Shown one piece after another: positions 49,949-61,931 of a stretch of DNA of 64,000 bases (within the stretch, counting starts at the first letter, position 1; each line of letters begins with the position of its first letter). This DNA is from Octopus bimaculoides (Eukaryota), in the NCBI RefSeq assembly GCF_001194135.2, contig NC_068983.1, forward strand, positions 80,682,450-80,746,449. Reading direction: 5' to 3'. A program made the translations under genes and the position numbers. The notes beneath the pieces are model-generated. The model was given only the letters and a program-made list of their open reading frames with translations. It was not told the origin of the DNA and made no database searches.

Positions 49949-50460
49949 CTACACCTTGGCACCATCATGGCGTCTGATGTGGCTTTTTAAACCAGACAAT
50001 GTTCTGAAAAGACACCCACATAGATTGTACTCCTGATTTGGACCACCAAGACCTGCAGGTAAATTCTGCTTTTTGTGGATCTTAACATGTCTTTTGAGGT
50101 CTCCGTTGGATTTGCAAACCTTCTGGCATACACTGCAGTGAAAGATGTGCACAGACACATAGGCAGAATATTTGGTGGAGGTTCATTTTCCATGCATTCG
50201 CAGATGAGATTTGAGGCCAGCAAAAGACAGGCATGGTCTGTCACAGACCGTGCACACAAAAAGGTCATTGTCATTCACCTTCGTGATCATTACATTTTAC
50301 CTTAGATCTCTTTTGAGTCTTACTTGTGTTATCCTGGCCTCTTCAAATGTTTTCACTCCACTCCACACCTTTATTTGACATCCAGCTTGATCTGAAGGGC
50401 AGTTACCCTCCTCTTCTGACAAATTGATAAAAAGATAGCACAAGCATCCTAATAATACCT
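49949..50460 (-). mobile_element. RTE-like LINE ORF C-terminus with three C2H2 fingers (decayed)
   Basis: GVKTFEEARITQVRLKRDLR*...FVCTVCDRPCLSFAGLKSHLRMHGK*...FHCSVCQKVCKSNGDLKRHVKIH...YNLCGCLFRTLSGLKSHIRRH, in one frame with internal stops. Confidence 0.7.
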
Positions 50461-50739
50461 TTGGTATCTTTCTGTCACTGCTTCCATAACAAACAACAAT
50501 ATCTGCAACACCAGTACCTATTTTGACTATCTAATTAGTATTCTGCTACATGAAAATGGGGACATTACATGAATTCTGATACTTGAAAAGTATAATATTT
50601 TCAACAATCTTTGAAAATCTTAAAGACAATGTATATTTGAGAAAAATAGTTTGGATATCATAAAGAATGTTTTGTGCACTGACTGTCTTATTGCATCTTA
50701 AGTAATTTATCAATGAAAATAATTCATTATACTAGAGGC

Positions 50740-53205
50740 ACAAGGCCTGAAATTTGGGAGGATAGGGTAAGTCAATCACATAAGTACTTGACTGGTACTT
50801 AATTTATTGACCTTGAAAGGGACCACCTATCTGAATTAACAGTGCCTTGGTAGATAAGGCAATTAAGAGTTTGAAGAGAGGGAAAGCCCCCAGCCCATCA
50901 GGAATCACCACAGAGATGATCAAAATATCTGGCAGTGTCAGCTATAGCCTAGTCACCTGTATAGTCAACAGGGTGATACATGAAGAATTCATATCCAATA
51001 ACTGGTGTAGCAGCAACATAGTCAACTGCTACAAAGGTAAAGGTGACGCATTAGATACAAATAATTACAGAGGTATCAAGCTGTTAGATCAGGCAATGAA
51101 AGTCATGGAGAGGGTTGTAGCCCAACTAATTAGGGAGAGGGTCAGTCTAGATGAGATGCAGTTTGGGTTTGTGCCAGGGAAAAGCACCACTGATGTTATA
51201 TTTCTGGTAAGACAGCTGCAGGAGAAATACCTAGCCAAAGATAAATCTCTGTACCTAGCTTTCGTTGACATGGAGAAAACCTTCGACAGGGTTCCCCATT
51301 CCCTTATCTGGTGGTCAATGAGGAAACTAGGGATAGATGAATGGTTGGTGAGAGCTGTGCAAGCCATGCACAGGGATGCTGTCAGGAAGGTGAAAGTTGG
51401 CAATGAGTACAGTGAAAAATTCCAGGTAGAGGTAGGCGTCCACCAAGGTTCAGTCATCAGCCCCCTCCTATTTATCATAGTCCTCCAGGCAATAACAGAG
51501 GAATTCAAGACAGGAAGCCCCTGGGAACTCCTCTATGCTGATGACTTTGCTCTTATTGCTGAGTAACTATCAGAACTAGAGGAGAAGTTTCAGATGTGGA
51601 AGCAAGGATTAGAATCAAAGGGCTTTAGAGTCAACCTAGCTAAAACCAAAGTCTTAATAAGTACGAAGGCAGACAAAGCACAAATCCCTTCAGGTAGATG
51701 ACCCTGCTTGATCTGTAGAAAAGGGGTAGGTAGAAACTCTATAAGACGTATCCAGTATACGTCTTATGTGTATGGACACGTAAGAGGTGAAGCAATATCA
51801 AAGGAAGGCTAACTGGGAAGATAGTTTTTGTATGTGGTAGATGCTCAGGAGCAATAAACACTGGAAATGTGCAGAAAACAACATCTGTCACATTCCAGGG
51901 AAAAAAATCTAGAAGTAGTCGACAGCTTCCGTTACCTAGGTGACCAAGTCAGTAGCTGGGGTGGATGCTCTGAAAGTGTAGCTGCTAGAATAAGAATAGC
52001 CTGGGTGAAGTTCAGAGAGCTCCTACCTCTGTTGGTGGCAAAGGGCCTCTCGCTCAGAGTAAAAGGCAGACTGCATGACGCATGTGTACGAACAGCCATG
52101 CTAGATGGCAGTGAAACATGGGCCATGACTGCTGAGGACATGTGATAGCTTGCAAAGAATGAAGTGAGTATGCTCTGCTGGATGTGTAATGTCAGTGTGC
52201 ATACTCGACAGAGTGTAAGCGCCCTGAAAGAAAAGCTGGACATAAGAAGCATCAGATATGGTGTGCAAGAGAGAAGACTGCGCTGGTATGGATATGTGGT
52301 GCGAATGAATGAGGACAGCTGTGTGAAAAAGTGTCACACCCCAGCAGTTGAGGGAATGTGTGGAAGAGGTAAACCCAGGAAGACCTGGGATGAGATGGTG
52401 AAGCCCGACCTTCGAACATTGGGCCTCACCAAGGCAATGACTAGTGACTGAGACCTTTGGATATATACTGTGCTTGAGAAGACCTGGCAAGCCAGGTGAG
52501 ACCATAACCCATGGACTATGCCAGCAGTGTAACAGAGCCTACTTATGCATTGCTTGCAAAGACCTGTTGAGGAAGTGAAATCAAAATCAAAATCAAATTC
52601 GTTGACTTGGCCAATGACAGCAACACCTGACTGGCACTTGTGCCAGTGGAACGTTAAAAGCACCATCCGAGCATGATCGTTGCCAGGGCCACTGACTGGC
52701 TCCCATGCCAGTGGCACATAAAAAGCACCATTCAAGCGTGATCATTACCAGCGTCACTTTAATGGCACTTGTGCCTGTGGCATGTGAAAAACAACATTTG
52801 AATGAGGTCATTGCCAATGCCGTTGGACTGGCTCCTGTGCAGGTAGCACATAAAATACACCATTTGAGTGTGGCTATCTCCAGTACTGCCTGACTGGCCC
52901 TCGTGTCGGTGGCATGTAAAAGCACCCACTACACTCTCAGAGTGGTTGGCATTATGAAGGGCATCCAGCTGTAGAAACTCTGCCAGATCAGATTGGAGCC
53001 TGGTGCAGCAATTTGGCTCGCCAGTCCTCAGTCAAACTGTCCAACCCATGCTAGCATGGGAAGCGGACGTTAAACGATGGTGATGATGATGATGATGATG
53101 AAAGGATGAAAAGCAAAGTCGACCTCAGTGGAATTTGAACTCGAATGTAGCAGCAAACGAAATACCACTAAGCATTTTACCTGGTGTGCTAACACTTCTG
53201 CTAAA
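50740..53205 (-). mobile_element. Family 3 SINE split by the RTE insertion (halves 50740-50820 and 53099-53205)
   Basis: The left half ends ...TATTGACCTTGAAAGG and the right half resumes TGAAAGGATGAAAAGCAAAGTCGACC. Confidence 0.85.
50821..53098 (+). mobile_element. 5'-truncated RTE LINE (reverse transcriptase plus 3' UTR), inactivated by stops
   Basis: ORF 50847..51566: YRGIKLLDQAMKVMERV, QFGFVPGKSTTD, AFVDMEKTFDRVP, GVHQGSVISPLLF, LLYADD. Continues FRYLGD...RRLRWYGYVVRM...RGKPRKTW. (GAT)n tail; TSD TGAAAGG. Confidence 0.97.
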
Positions 53206-55116
53206 CCAAAATAATAATTATATTGTATGTAATTTCAAACATATCTTGGTATACTGGATCTGTAGATTGTCTTCGTATGTTTGATGGTCCACTTTTTCTG
53301 ACGTTATTAAGTTAAATCTGAGTTAATAGAAGCTACCCAACAAATTATACTCTATCTTCAGTTCTACATTTTTTTAGTTTTTGTTTTTAAATTATTAGCT
53401 CTGTCAAAATCCAAACAATAACATTGAAAAGTATTTATCAATTTGTTTCTTGATATTGTGCATGATGTTTAGTGACAGTAACTATCTTTCTTCCCTAAAA
53501 CTAGATTTATGGAAATATTCCTTCCTATTTAATAATATAGACAATGCTTACTAACTATAATACTTTTCTCATTCTTCTGATCTTCGAAATTATTGTATAG
53601 GATATATGATTCAATCTTTATATTAATAAGAGTTTTTACTTCGTTTATTCTTATTTATAATTGGAAGAGATGATTCATAGTATCACACTATATAACTGTG
53701 GTGCCTTCTCAAAGATATATATAGTTGGAGACTGTTAAGTAGAGATATAGATAAAATAATTAGAAGTAGATAAAGAGAAAGAGAGAAAAAACCTGATTGA
53801 AAATCAAAAGAACAAGTATTAATTGTATTTTATAAAACCTCTTGATAATTTCATTCACCAAATAAAACATTTTATTGTTATCCAGCCATTTCTATCAGTG
53901 CTTGAAAGTTACTTCTGCCAGTTTATGATGAGTACTTATTCTTATTTTTCATGATAATTCTTACATTTAACTAGAAATTTACTGTAGAAAACCTCCACTA
54001 AAGAGTTTAAAATATGCTTGAGGATATTATTTCCAATGATTCAGTTAGAAAGAAAATGTCACTCTAATCAATCCAAGAGAGAAATAGATTGAATTTTTCC
54101 ATTTTTAATATCCTTTTATCAATCAAAATAAACAAAGAAAAATGTAATATCAAACATGTGATTATTTTTTCTTGATATCTTTATTAAAACTTTTTAATAT
54201 CTTCAACTTATTTTTTCCCCCCATTAGTTACATAGCCAACTTAACTAGTTTTAATTTTATTATAATGCATTCTTGATTTATGATATAATTATAATATTAA
54301 GAAATATGTTAATTAATTTCAAAAATTGATTGAATGCTAATGAAAGAATTTTAGGAATATGCTTAACATCCTTCCCACTTCCACCTTAGGTGGAAAGGAT
54401 AATTGCTAGATTTATGGAAATATCTAAAATATTATGGTTGTATAAAACAGCAATGGTATTTCATGATTTGAAAATGGTTTAACTTTAGAATTCTATAAAT
54501 TTTAGATTAAATATTAGATGCTCATATCATATGCATATTTAAGCTCTTTCTTTGGGGTTCTGAAGTTCTGAAAAATAGATTTGTTGTTAATTTTTAGATA
54601 TTGAAAGATATAAGATAGGAAAAATTTCATGATTTATATTTAAGAAACAGCTAAGATTAAATTCTTTTGAGAAGTAAACATTTGCAACATTTGGAGCTGT
54701 TATATCCTAAAGTTTCAAAAGAAATGTGATGAAATAATCATGCCAACTGCAATCAAACCTCAATTTAATGTGTGTTTATATTATCTTATAAGGATTCAGT
54801 CAAAAGATGAATGACAACTCTCATGAGCTTTTTTAGGGCCTCCAAAACTAGTGTTTGATGAGAACTAAAACTTATTGGTTATTTACAGACTGGAGACTCA
54901 GACTAAATGTTTTGGACACTGCAAAATGCACCAAATGGATAAGTGGTGGTGGTGGTGGTGGTAGTGGTGTTAAAGTGGGTAAGGAATTTAGTTGATCACC
55001 AAGAGCAGGAACAATCCTTCTGATAGGCTTCCGCATAGTTTCCATGAATTTAATTTTTCTTACAAGACTTGGGTTAACCTGAAGAAGACACACATGGTTA
55101 TGTAAAGAGATTAACC

Positions 55117-55362
55117 CAGTGATTCTCAGTTGGGAGTCCATGTGACTCTTGGGAGTCCACATAAGACTTTGTTGTTAAGATGTATGTGCAATAAATTGGG
55201 TATACTTCTACATTACACAAAATATTTTAACAATTTTTTTAATATAATTCCTAATAATATTTAAATATATGAGTTTTGTAAACATTAAATAGTTAGGAGG
55301 GTCCATCTGAGTAAAACAGGGATCAGAGGGGTCCATAGGCAAAGAATGGTTGAGAAACACTG
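55117..55362. mobile_element. hAT/Charlie-like MITE
   Basis: TIRs CAGTGATTCTCAG / TTGAGAAACACTG. 8-bp TSD GATTAACC / GATTAAAC (7/8). Confidence 0.8.
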
Positions 55363-56329
55363 GATTAAACAAACATTGCAAGGTATTTCCAGGTATATTT
55401 GATATTCATTACTCTATGACAAACTGTACTGCTTTATGTTAATCATCTAGTGTGTATCATCTCTAAAATGTTGCCAAGCTGAGAGAATGAATTTCTGTTT
55501 CTATCTCTTCACAGAATATTGTATCTTTGCCTTTATCTGTAGGAAGTATATATTTCATAAAAAATTAACAGGAACTGCTAAAGTCTTTTAGTCATTCTAT
55601 TCTAAATATACACACTGAAAATGATGCACCAAACTGGTGACAATTACAAATTACATTTCATTGATACAAGTTCACATTTTTACATTATTATATTTTCTTC
55701 TGTCTTGTTTCAAGATAGATATAAAATTCAAATATTCTTGGAAACAAATGCTTTGAAGACAGTTTTCTTTGTATAATTATTAAGTTTTATTTATATATTT
55801 TAAGTATTTCACTCACAGTTAATAATCTAATAGCAAATTTCAGCTAATTATCACATAACATTTTGGGAATAGCATCTCTGAACTCTCTTTTACTAGAATA
55901 TATTTGTTTTCAATACAAATGATTAAAATTTATTGAATTAATATCCATTATTAAAAGGCATCTGGTATAATGTTTCTCTAAAGTTTTAGTTTCAACTATG
56001 AAAAAATATTTCAAGTAACTTTATTGTTGTTAATTAGCTACTCCTTCTTATGCATTTTCTTAGGCAGCAAATTGGCAGAGTCATTAAAGTATTGAACTAC
56101 TTCACAGCATTTGTTTGAACTCTTTACATTATGAGTTCAAATTTTACTGAGGTTCACTTTGTCTTTCATCCTTACGAAGCTTTTCAGCATGTCATTGTTT
56201 TAGAGTGAACAAAAAAAGTACCAATCCAAGGCACTGAATTCATGGAAATTGCAGTATTTGTTCCAGCTCTTTACATTCTGAGTTCATGGCCTGCATGGGT
56301 CTTACTTAATCTGTCCCCTGGTTTAACTC

Positions 56330-56950
56330 TAGCACCATGAGTGCCTGTAGCAGAGTGCACCCTATTGCAAGCATTTGGTCCATATTTCCAGTGTGAAAAT
56401 ACCTTCCTCCCTGCTATCTTGGAGGCTTTATAATGGCTCTTTGTTGACAGCTTTCAGAACATTTTGAAACAAGTGATGCCTGTGGCCTTCTCTGGCTTCT
56501 CCTTCATCCTGATAGCTTCCATCTCATTGCTGCTGTTAAATATCAATGATCTGACTGCCTCAGGACATTGTCAGCCAGTTGCATTCTTCATTCTTTTACC
56601 AAATTCTGGATTCTTTGCAATGACTCTCATATGACTTCTTCATTATTGACATGACTGGGGTAAAAGTTCCCACAATTTTCTTCAAGCATCTCTGATGAAT
56701 GAGAGCCAACATGTCATGAGTTTCACAGTTCTCTTTAATATCTTGCTTGTATTTATAACCATTGGTAGTCCAATGCTATTGTAAAGATAGATATTGATAT
56801 TAGTGTTCAGTGTATTCATGAACCAGATTTTGTATGTTTGTATATGTCTTATTGCTATTCTGATTCTTCATTTGACATCAGTTTCTATATTCCCACAATG
56901 ATAGAGCATTGCCAAGACAGTGAATCAGTGTTATTGTTATCAATCAGAAA
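56330..56950 (-). mobile_element. Decayed RTE LINE C-terminal remnant
   Basis: RMQLADNVLRQSDH...AMRWKLSG*RRSQRRP resembles RR.RWAGHVLR...W.P.G.R..GRP. Confidence 0.5.
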
Positions 56951-58829
56951 ATAAATACAGATACATGTACGAAAATGAGGCAGAGTATAAATACTGCCTA
57001 TCTTTATTAAGGAAACTGAGGAATGCCTGCAATATTTGGAAAAATGTTATATCATCTGAATGAAAGAAGCATAAGAACTACTTGAATAATGAAAATGGAA
57101 TGAAAAAGGATTGTAAGCTGGTAGGTGGTAGTTGATAATCACAATTATAGAATCTAGTTAAAATAAATTAAAGAATATTATAGGTAACTGAGTAAATTAC
57201 TAAAGACTATAAGTGACTAGAGAAAAATAACTTCAGAATGGTTGAACCAACTTCGATATGACTATATATAAGAGTTATGTTTGGAAGTAAAATATAACAA
57301 GTGATAACTCTAAACTATTTCTTTGAGCAGTGAAACAGTAGAATCTAAGGAAACTAGTGATGGTCAGCATTGCCAAATAGCCAAGAAAAAATGTTCATAA
57401 TTTTATATGTGCAGGAAGAAAAGTTAAATGTTTTGGATGAAATCCTTCAGTGGAGAGATAGAATATTTTCTGGGGTTACAACATAAATGGATTTATCTAG
57501 TTATCCAGCAACACCAATAAACACTCATCTCTCTCTCTCTCTCTTCTCCCCCTCTCTCTCTTCTCCCTCTCTCTCTCTCTCTCTCTTTCTAATGAAGAAT
57601 TTTATTTGGAACATTAGACTTCTTCATGGCATAAAATCTATGCCATGGTATTACCTTTATGTATTTCTTTGATTAATCTAGCTAAGAAGGAAAAAAAAAA
57701 GCAGTTGGTAATGTAATAATCTAGTCTATGAACACATCTAAATCTGATATTTTCAAACAAATCTTCACTTCCCTAGCTACAAATGATTTGAATATTACAG
57801 TACACAGTAAATAGCAAAGATTATTCAATAACTGCCATTAAAATTATATTAGGAAAATGCTGGTAGAAACTGAATATACAATGATAAACATTAGAAGGTA
57901 AATAGTGTATGTTGTGTTGGATCAAAAGGATATTTCAATACTGAAATATAAAAAAAAAATACAAACTAGAATTGATCTAAAGGAAAGCAAAAACAAAAAT
58001 AAATAAACAAAAATAGTTGTTATTGTAATGAGGATCATTAACTGTCTTTACAAAGGAATTTGGAAACTTTCTTTTTGAAAAGGGGCTAATCGAATGTCAA
58101 ATCATGGAAAAGGTTTGCTGCAAAAAATAAAAGCACTAAAAATATTAGTTATGTGAGAATATAGGAAGACGGTGGATAAAAGAAAGATAGCTTTGGTGTT
58201 AGTATTAAAGCAGCTACTCTTGCTAGTAATGATCATATTATAAAGTAATATCCTTTGCTTAATCTGATATTTTCTAATATTTTTTCTTCTAACTGGTCTT
58301 TTAGTTGCAAAAATTTTCTTTAGAATCTGCTTATGTAATTTCTAAATCTTGGTTCTAATCTACAATATTTTACCATCCTTCTTTCAAAGTAATTTAAAAC
58401 TTTTTATATTTATTTGATATTTTTGATAATTTCTTCTCAAATCGAACTACCTTGAAGACATTCATCAGAATGAATATATTTACATAATAAATTGTAATTG
58501 AACTCCATGTTAATATTTTTTTTTTCTTCTATTAACCAATCTTTGAAAACATACAGCTGATTAATGCATTAAACACTAGCTAAAGAAATTTTAGATGTTA
58601 AGTCTTCTACTGGAGTAGTTAGCCATTTGAAAATGTTTTATGATCTGTTATCTAAAGTAATTAATATAATGTTCATTTTGAAAACTATTTCCTTGTATAT
58701 AATGTGAAATTAATGTTATTTTTTTTTATCTAAATCACAAGGAAAGCATAATTTTTCATATTTTAATTAAAAACGTTTTTTTTTTCAAGCCATAATTAGT
58801 CAGTGTGACATAATGGAATATGACAGCTA

Positions 58830-58831
58830 TT

Positions 58832-58880
<49 letters not shown>

Positions 58881-58902
58881 TGTTGTTGTTGTAGTAGTAG
58901 TA
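58830..58902. repeat. (TAG)n/(TTG)n microsatellite
   Basis: Seen directly. Confidence 0.95.
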
Positions 58903-59101
58903 TGAATCATTTCTTCCCCATCAGTAATGAACAAGGTACTGAATATGTTAAAGTACTTCAGACATGAGTTGTTACTGCCCATCTCATATTTCTTCAGGTG
59001 CCCTTTCATTGGATGCTGTTTTTACACACAACTAAATCAGCATAGTCTTCTCTGTCTTATAATTTCTCCTAGTAAGAGATTTCTGGCTAAGAGTCTTTTA
59101 A

Positions 59102-59321
59102 TCCTTTAGCATTTAAGCCGTTCATATCTGACCCAAATATTCTAGCTGTTTTATGTTCAAAGCGGGCAGATTCAGTCTTTCACACCAACCTTACAATGTC
59201 ATTTTTAATATAAATAATCACATCATTGAAATCTCAAAGCTGCAAGACAATGCATGATTAATTCAAAATAACGTGAATCAATAAGCATTACATTTGACAG
59301 AGAAATCTGAATGCTAAAGGG
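59102..59321. mobile_element. piggyBac-like MITE
   Basis: TTAA-TCCTTTAGCATT ... AATGCTAAAGGG-TTAA; homologous to 16641-16866. Confidence 0.8.
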
Positions 59322-59364
59322 TTAAAGCAGATCTATCTAATTGTAGCATTAATATTTTAAGTGA

Positions 59365-59600
59365 GGTAAAGATGGTGAATTGGCAGAATTGTTAGCAAGC
59401 TAGGCAAAATGCTTAGCAGCAATTCATCTGTCTTTACATTCTGAGTTCAAATTCTGTTGAGGTTCCGAGTTCTATTCCACTGAGGTTGACTTTGTCTTTC
59501 ATCCCTTCAGGATCAATTAAATTAGTACAGTTGAACACTGACGTCAATGTAATCAACTCTCCTCGAAATTGCTGGCCTTGTGCCGAAATTTGAAACTGAT
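59365..59600 (+). mobile_element. Family 3 SINE
   Basis: Nin-like motif GACTTTGTCTTTCATCCCTTCAGGATCAAT; small internal duplication near 59450-59480. Confidence 0.8.
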
Positions 59601-59821
59601 GTTTTAAGTGATGCACTCTGGGTTTTTAACAACTACACCCTTAATTTCACTAGCCTTGATCAACACAAATGTAAACATTTTCAGACATATCTCTCAAACT
59701 AAAAATATACTCTGATTGTTGAATAGGGAATAATTCATGGAATTTTTCTGTAGGAGACCTTGCTCTCTAAAGCATGGGATAAAAACAATTATCTGATTGG
59801 TTATTCTGGTCATTTCTTTTA

Positions 59822-60060
59822 TCTCTTATTCTTTTACTTGTTTCAGTCATTTGAATGCGGCCATGCTGGAGCACCACCTTAAAAGGTTTCAGTCAAAAGT
59901 ATTGACCCCAGGACTTTTTTTTTGAAGCCTAGTACTTACTCTATCAGTCCCTTTGCTGAACCACTAAGTTACAGGAATGTAAACACACCAGCACTGGTTG
60001 TCAAACAGTGGTGGGTGCACAAGCAGACATAAAGACACACACATAGATATATGCATGCAT
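59822..60060 (-). mobile_element. Family 2 SINE, 3' half
   Basis: CTTTTACTTGTTTCAGTCATTTGAATGCGGCCATGCTGGAGCACC... Confidence 0.85.
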
Positions 60061-60072
60061 AGCCCACTTATG

Positions 60073-60695
60073 AGTACCTTTCCTTCTTTGGACACAAAAC
60101 CCTGCTTGCAAAGACCTGTTGAGGTAAGTGAAATTGAAATAAAAATATTGAACCAAATTTGTTGACTGGCATCCATGCCAACCTTCCTTCGTTGAACACT
60201 ACACTCAGCTTGCGACGACCTGTTGGGGCAAGTGAGATCGAAACTGAACCAAATTCGATGACTGGCACCCGTGGCACTGGAGTGCTAACAACACCATCTG
60301 AGAGGGATCACTGCCAGACCAGTGGTCTCGCTTCCATGCTGGTGGCATGTAAAAAGCACCATTTGAGTGCGATTGTTTCCAGCTTCGCCTTACTGGCACT
60401 CGTGCCAGTGGCATGTGACCAAAACATTGGACTGACTCCGGTGCAGGTGGCACGTAAAAAACACCATTTGAGTGTGACCGTTGCTAGTACCGCTGGACTG
60501 GCCCTCAAGTCGGTGGCATGTAAAAAGCACCCACTACACTCTCGGAGTGGTTGGTGTTAGGAAGGGCATCCAGCTGTATAAACTCTGCCAGATCAGATTG
60601 GAGTCTGGTGTAGCCATCTGGTTCGCCAGTCCCCAGTAAAATCGTCCAACCCATGCTAGCATGGAAAACGGACGTTAAATGATGAGAATGATGAT
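60073..60695 (+). mobile_element. RTE 3' UTR fragment with tandem array and (GAT) tail
   Basis: Homologous to 52540-53098. Confidence 0.9.
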
Positions 60696-60717
60696 ATATA
60701 TATATGGGTTCAGCTAC

Positions 60718-60760
60718 TCTACATTGATAAGGGGCAACTACCCTGAAACTAGTCTGTAGA
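60718..60760 (+). ncRNA. Minimal type I hammerhead ribozyme (PLE-associated type), U3-A8 variant
   Basis: TCTACA-TTGATAA-GGGG-CAACTA-CCCT-GAAA-CTAGT-C-TGTAGA. 6-bp stem I (TCTACA/TGTAGA), 4-bp stem II, palindromic stem III ACTAGT, GUC cleavage triplet (C at 60754). Confidence 0.7.
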
Positions 60761-60931
60761 TGCCAAACTAGCAAGGGGAAGCTGCTGACCTCCCCTGTTC
60801 GAAGGTGATAATGGGCACAGGTTCGTGTGTCACATAGCTAGCTGGAGGTGATCTTGGAGCTAATCAACAGCAGTATTCATCCTATTTTTCTGGACTGCCA
60901 TGTTAGCTTGGCGATAACTATTAATATATAC

Positions 60932-61010
60932 AAATTACAATCCAGAAAATGGAGAAGTAGTGCTAATATAATTTATTAATGCTATTTCTCCATTTTCTGG
61001 ATTTTAATTT
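60932..61010. repeat. Near-perfect inverted repeat (hairpin)
   Basis: AATCCAGAAAATGGAGAAGTAG (60939-60960) pairs with CTATTTCTCCATTTTCTGGATT (60982-61003), one mismatch, 21-nt spacer. Confidence 0.9.
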
Positions 61011-61239
61011 TAATATTTATAAACCAAGATTTATATTTAGACCAATTATTTTAGGAATATTACTTTACACAACAAAATAATAGTTAACAGACCAGTATTT
61101 CATTGAATATTTTCTATCCCTTAAGGTGGTTTTTTAAAACTCTATTTACAGTGACACAGAAAATGGAAAGATCTTCATTGGTTTCTTTACCCTCATCTTC
61201 TTTGTTTGAGTTGAAATACTCAAGGAAAACTCGTTTCAG

Positions 61240-61550
61240 AGCAGGTGTGTGCAACACCTTGAGTAAGTGTAGTTTGCTACACTTCGAGCCTTGTGAGTGG
61301 ATTTAGTAGACGGAAACTGAAAGAAGCCCATTGTTTTTATATGTGCATATCTGTATGTGTGCATTTTTGTGTCTGTGTTTGTGACCTATCACTGCTTGAC
61401 AACTGTTGTTGGTGTATTTATAAACCCTGTAACTTAGCTGTTCAGCAGGGGAGACCAATAGAATAGGTACCAGGCTTTAAAAAATAAGTCTTGGGGTCGA
61501 TTTGTTTGATTAAAACTCTTCAAGGTGCTGTCGAATGACTGAAACAAATA
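61240..61550 (+). mobile_element. Family 2 SINE, degenerate head
   Basis: GCCTTGTGAGTGGATTTAGTAGACGGAAACTGAAAGAAGCCC...GACTGAAACAA. Confidence 0.8.
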
Positions 61551-61556
61551 AAATTT

Positions 61557-61587
<31 letters not shown>

Positions 61588-61885
61588 GTATGTATGTATA
61601 TATACAAAGGAGTCCAGTGCAATCTATGGGCAGGAGNNNNNNNNNNNNNNNNNNNNNNNNNNNNNNNNNNNNNNNNNNNNNNNNNNNNNNNNNNNNNNNN
61701 NNNNNNNNNNNNNNNNNNNNNNNNNNNNNNNNNNNNNNNNNNNNNNNNNNNNNNNNNNNNNNNNNNNNNNNNNNNNNNNNNNNNNNNNNNNNNNNNNNNN
61801 NNNNNNNNNNNNNNNNNNNNNNNNNNNNNNNNNNNNNNNNNNNNNNNNNNNNNNNNNNNNNNNNNNNNNNNNNNNNNNNNNNNAT

Positions 61886-61931
<46 letters not shown>

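Noticed and set aside
50847-51566. 239-aa ORF as a host gene
   Set aside because: It is the RT domain of a truncated RTE LINE with downstream stops.
52630-52940. CRISPR-like repeat array
   Set aside because: Eukaryotic context; the units are degenerate tandem repeats without unique spacers, within a LINE 3' UTR.
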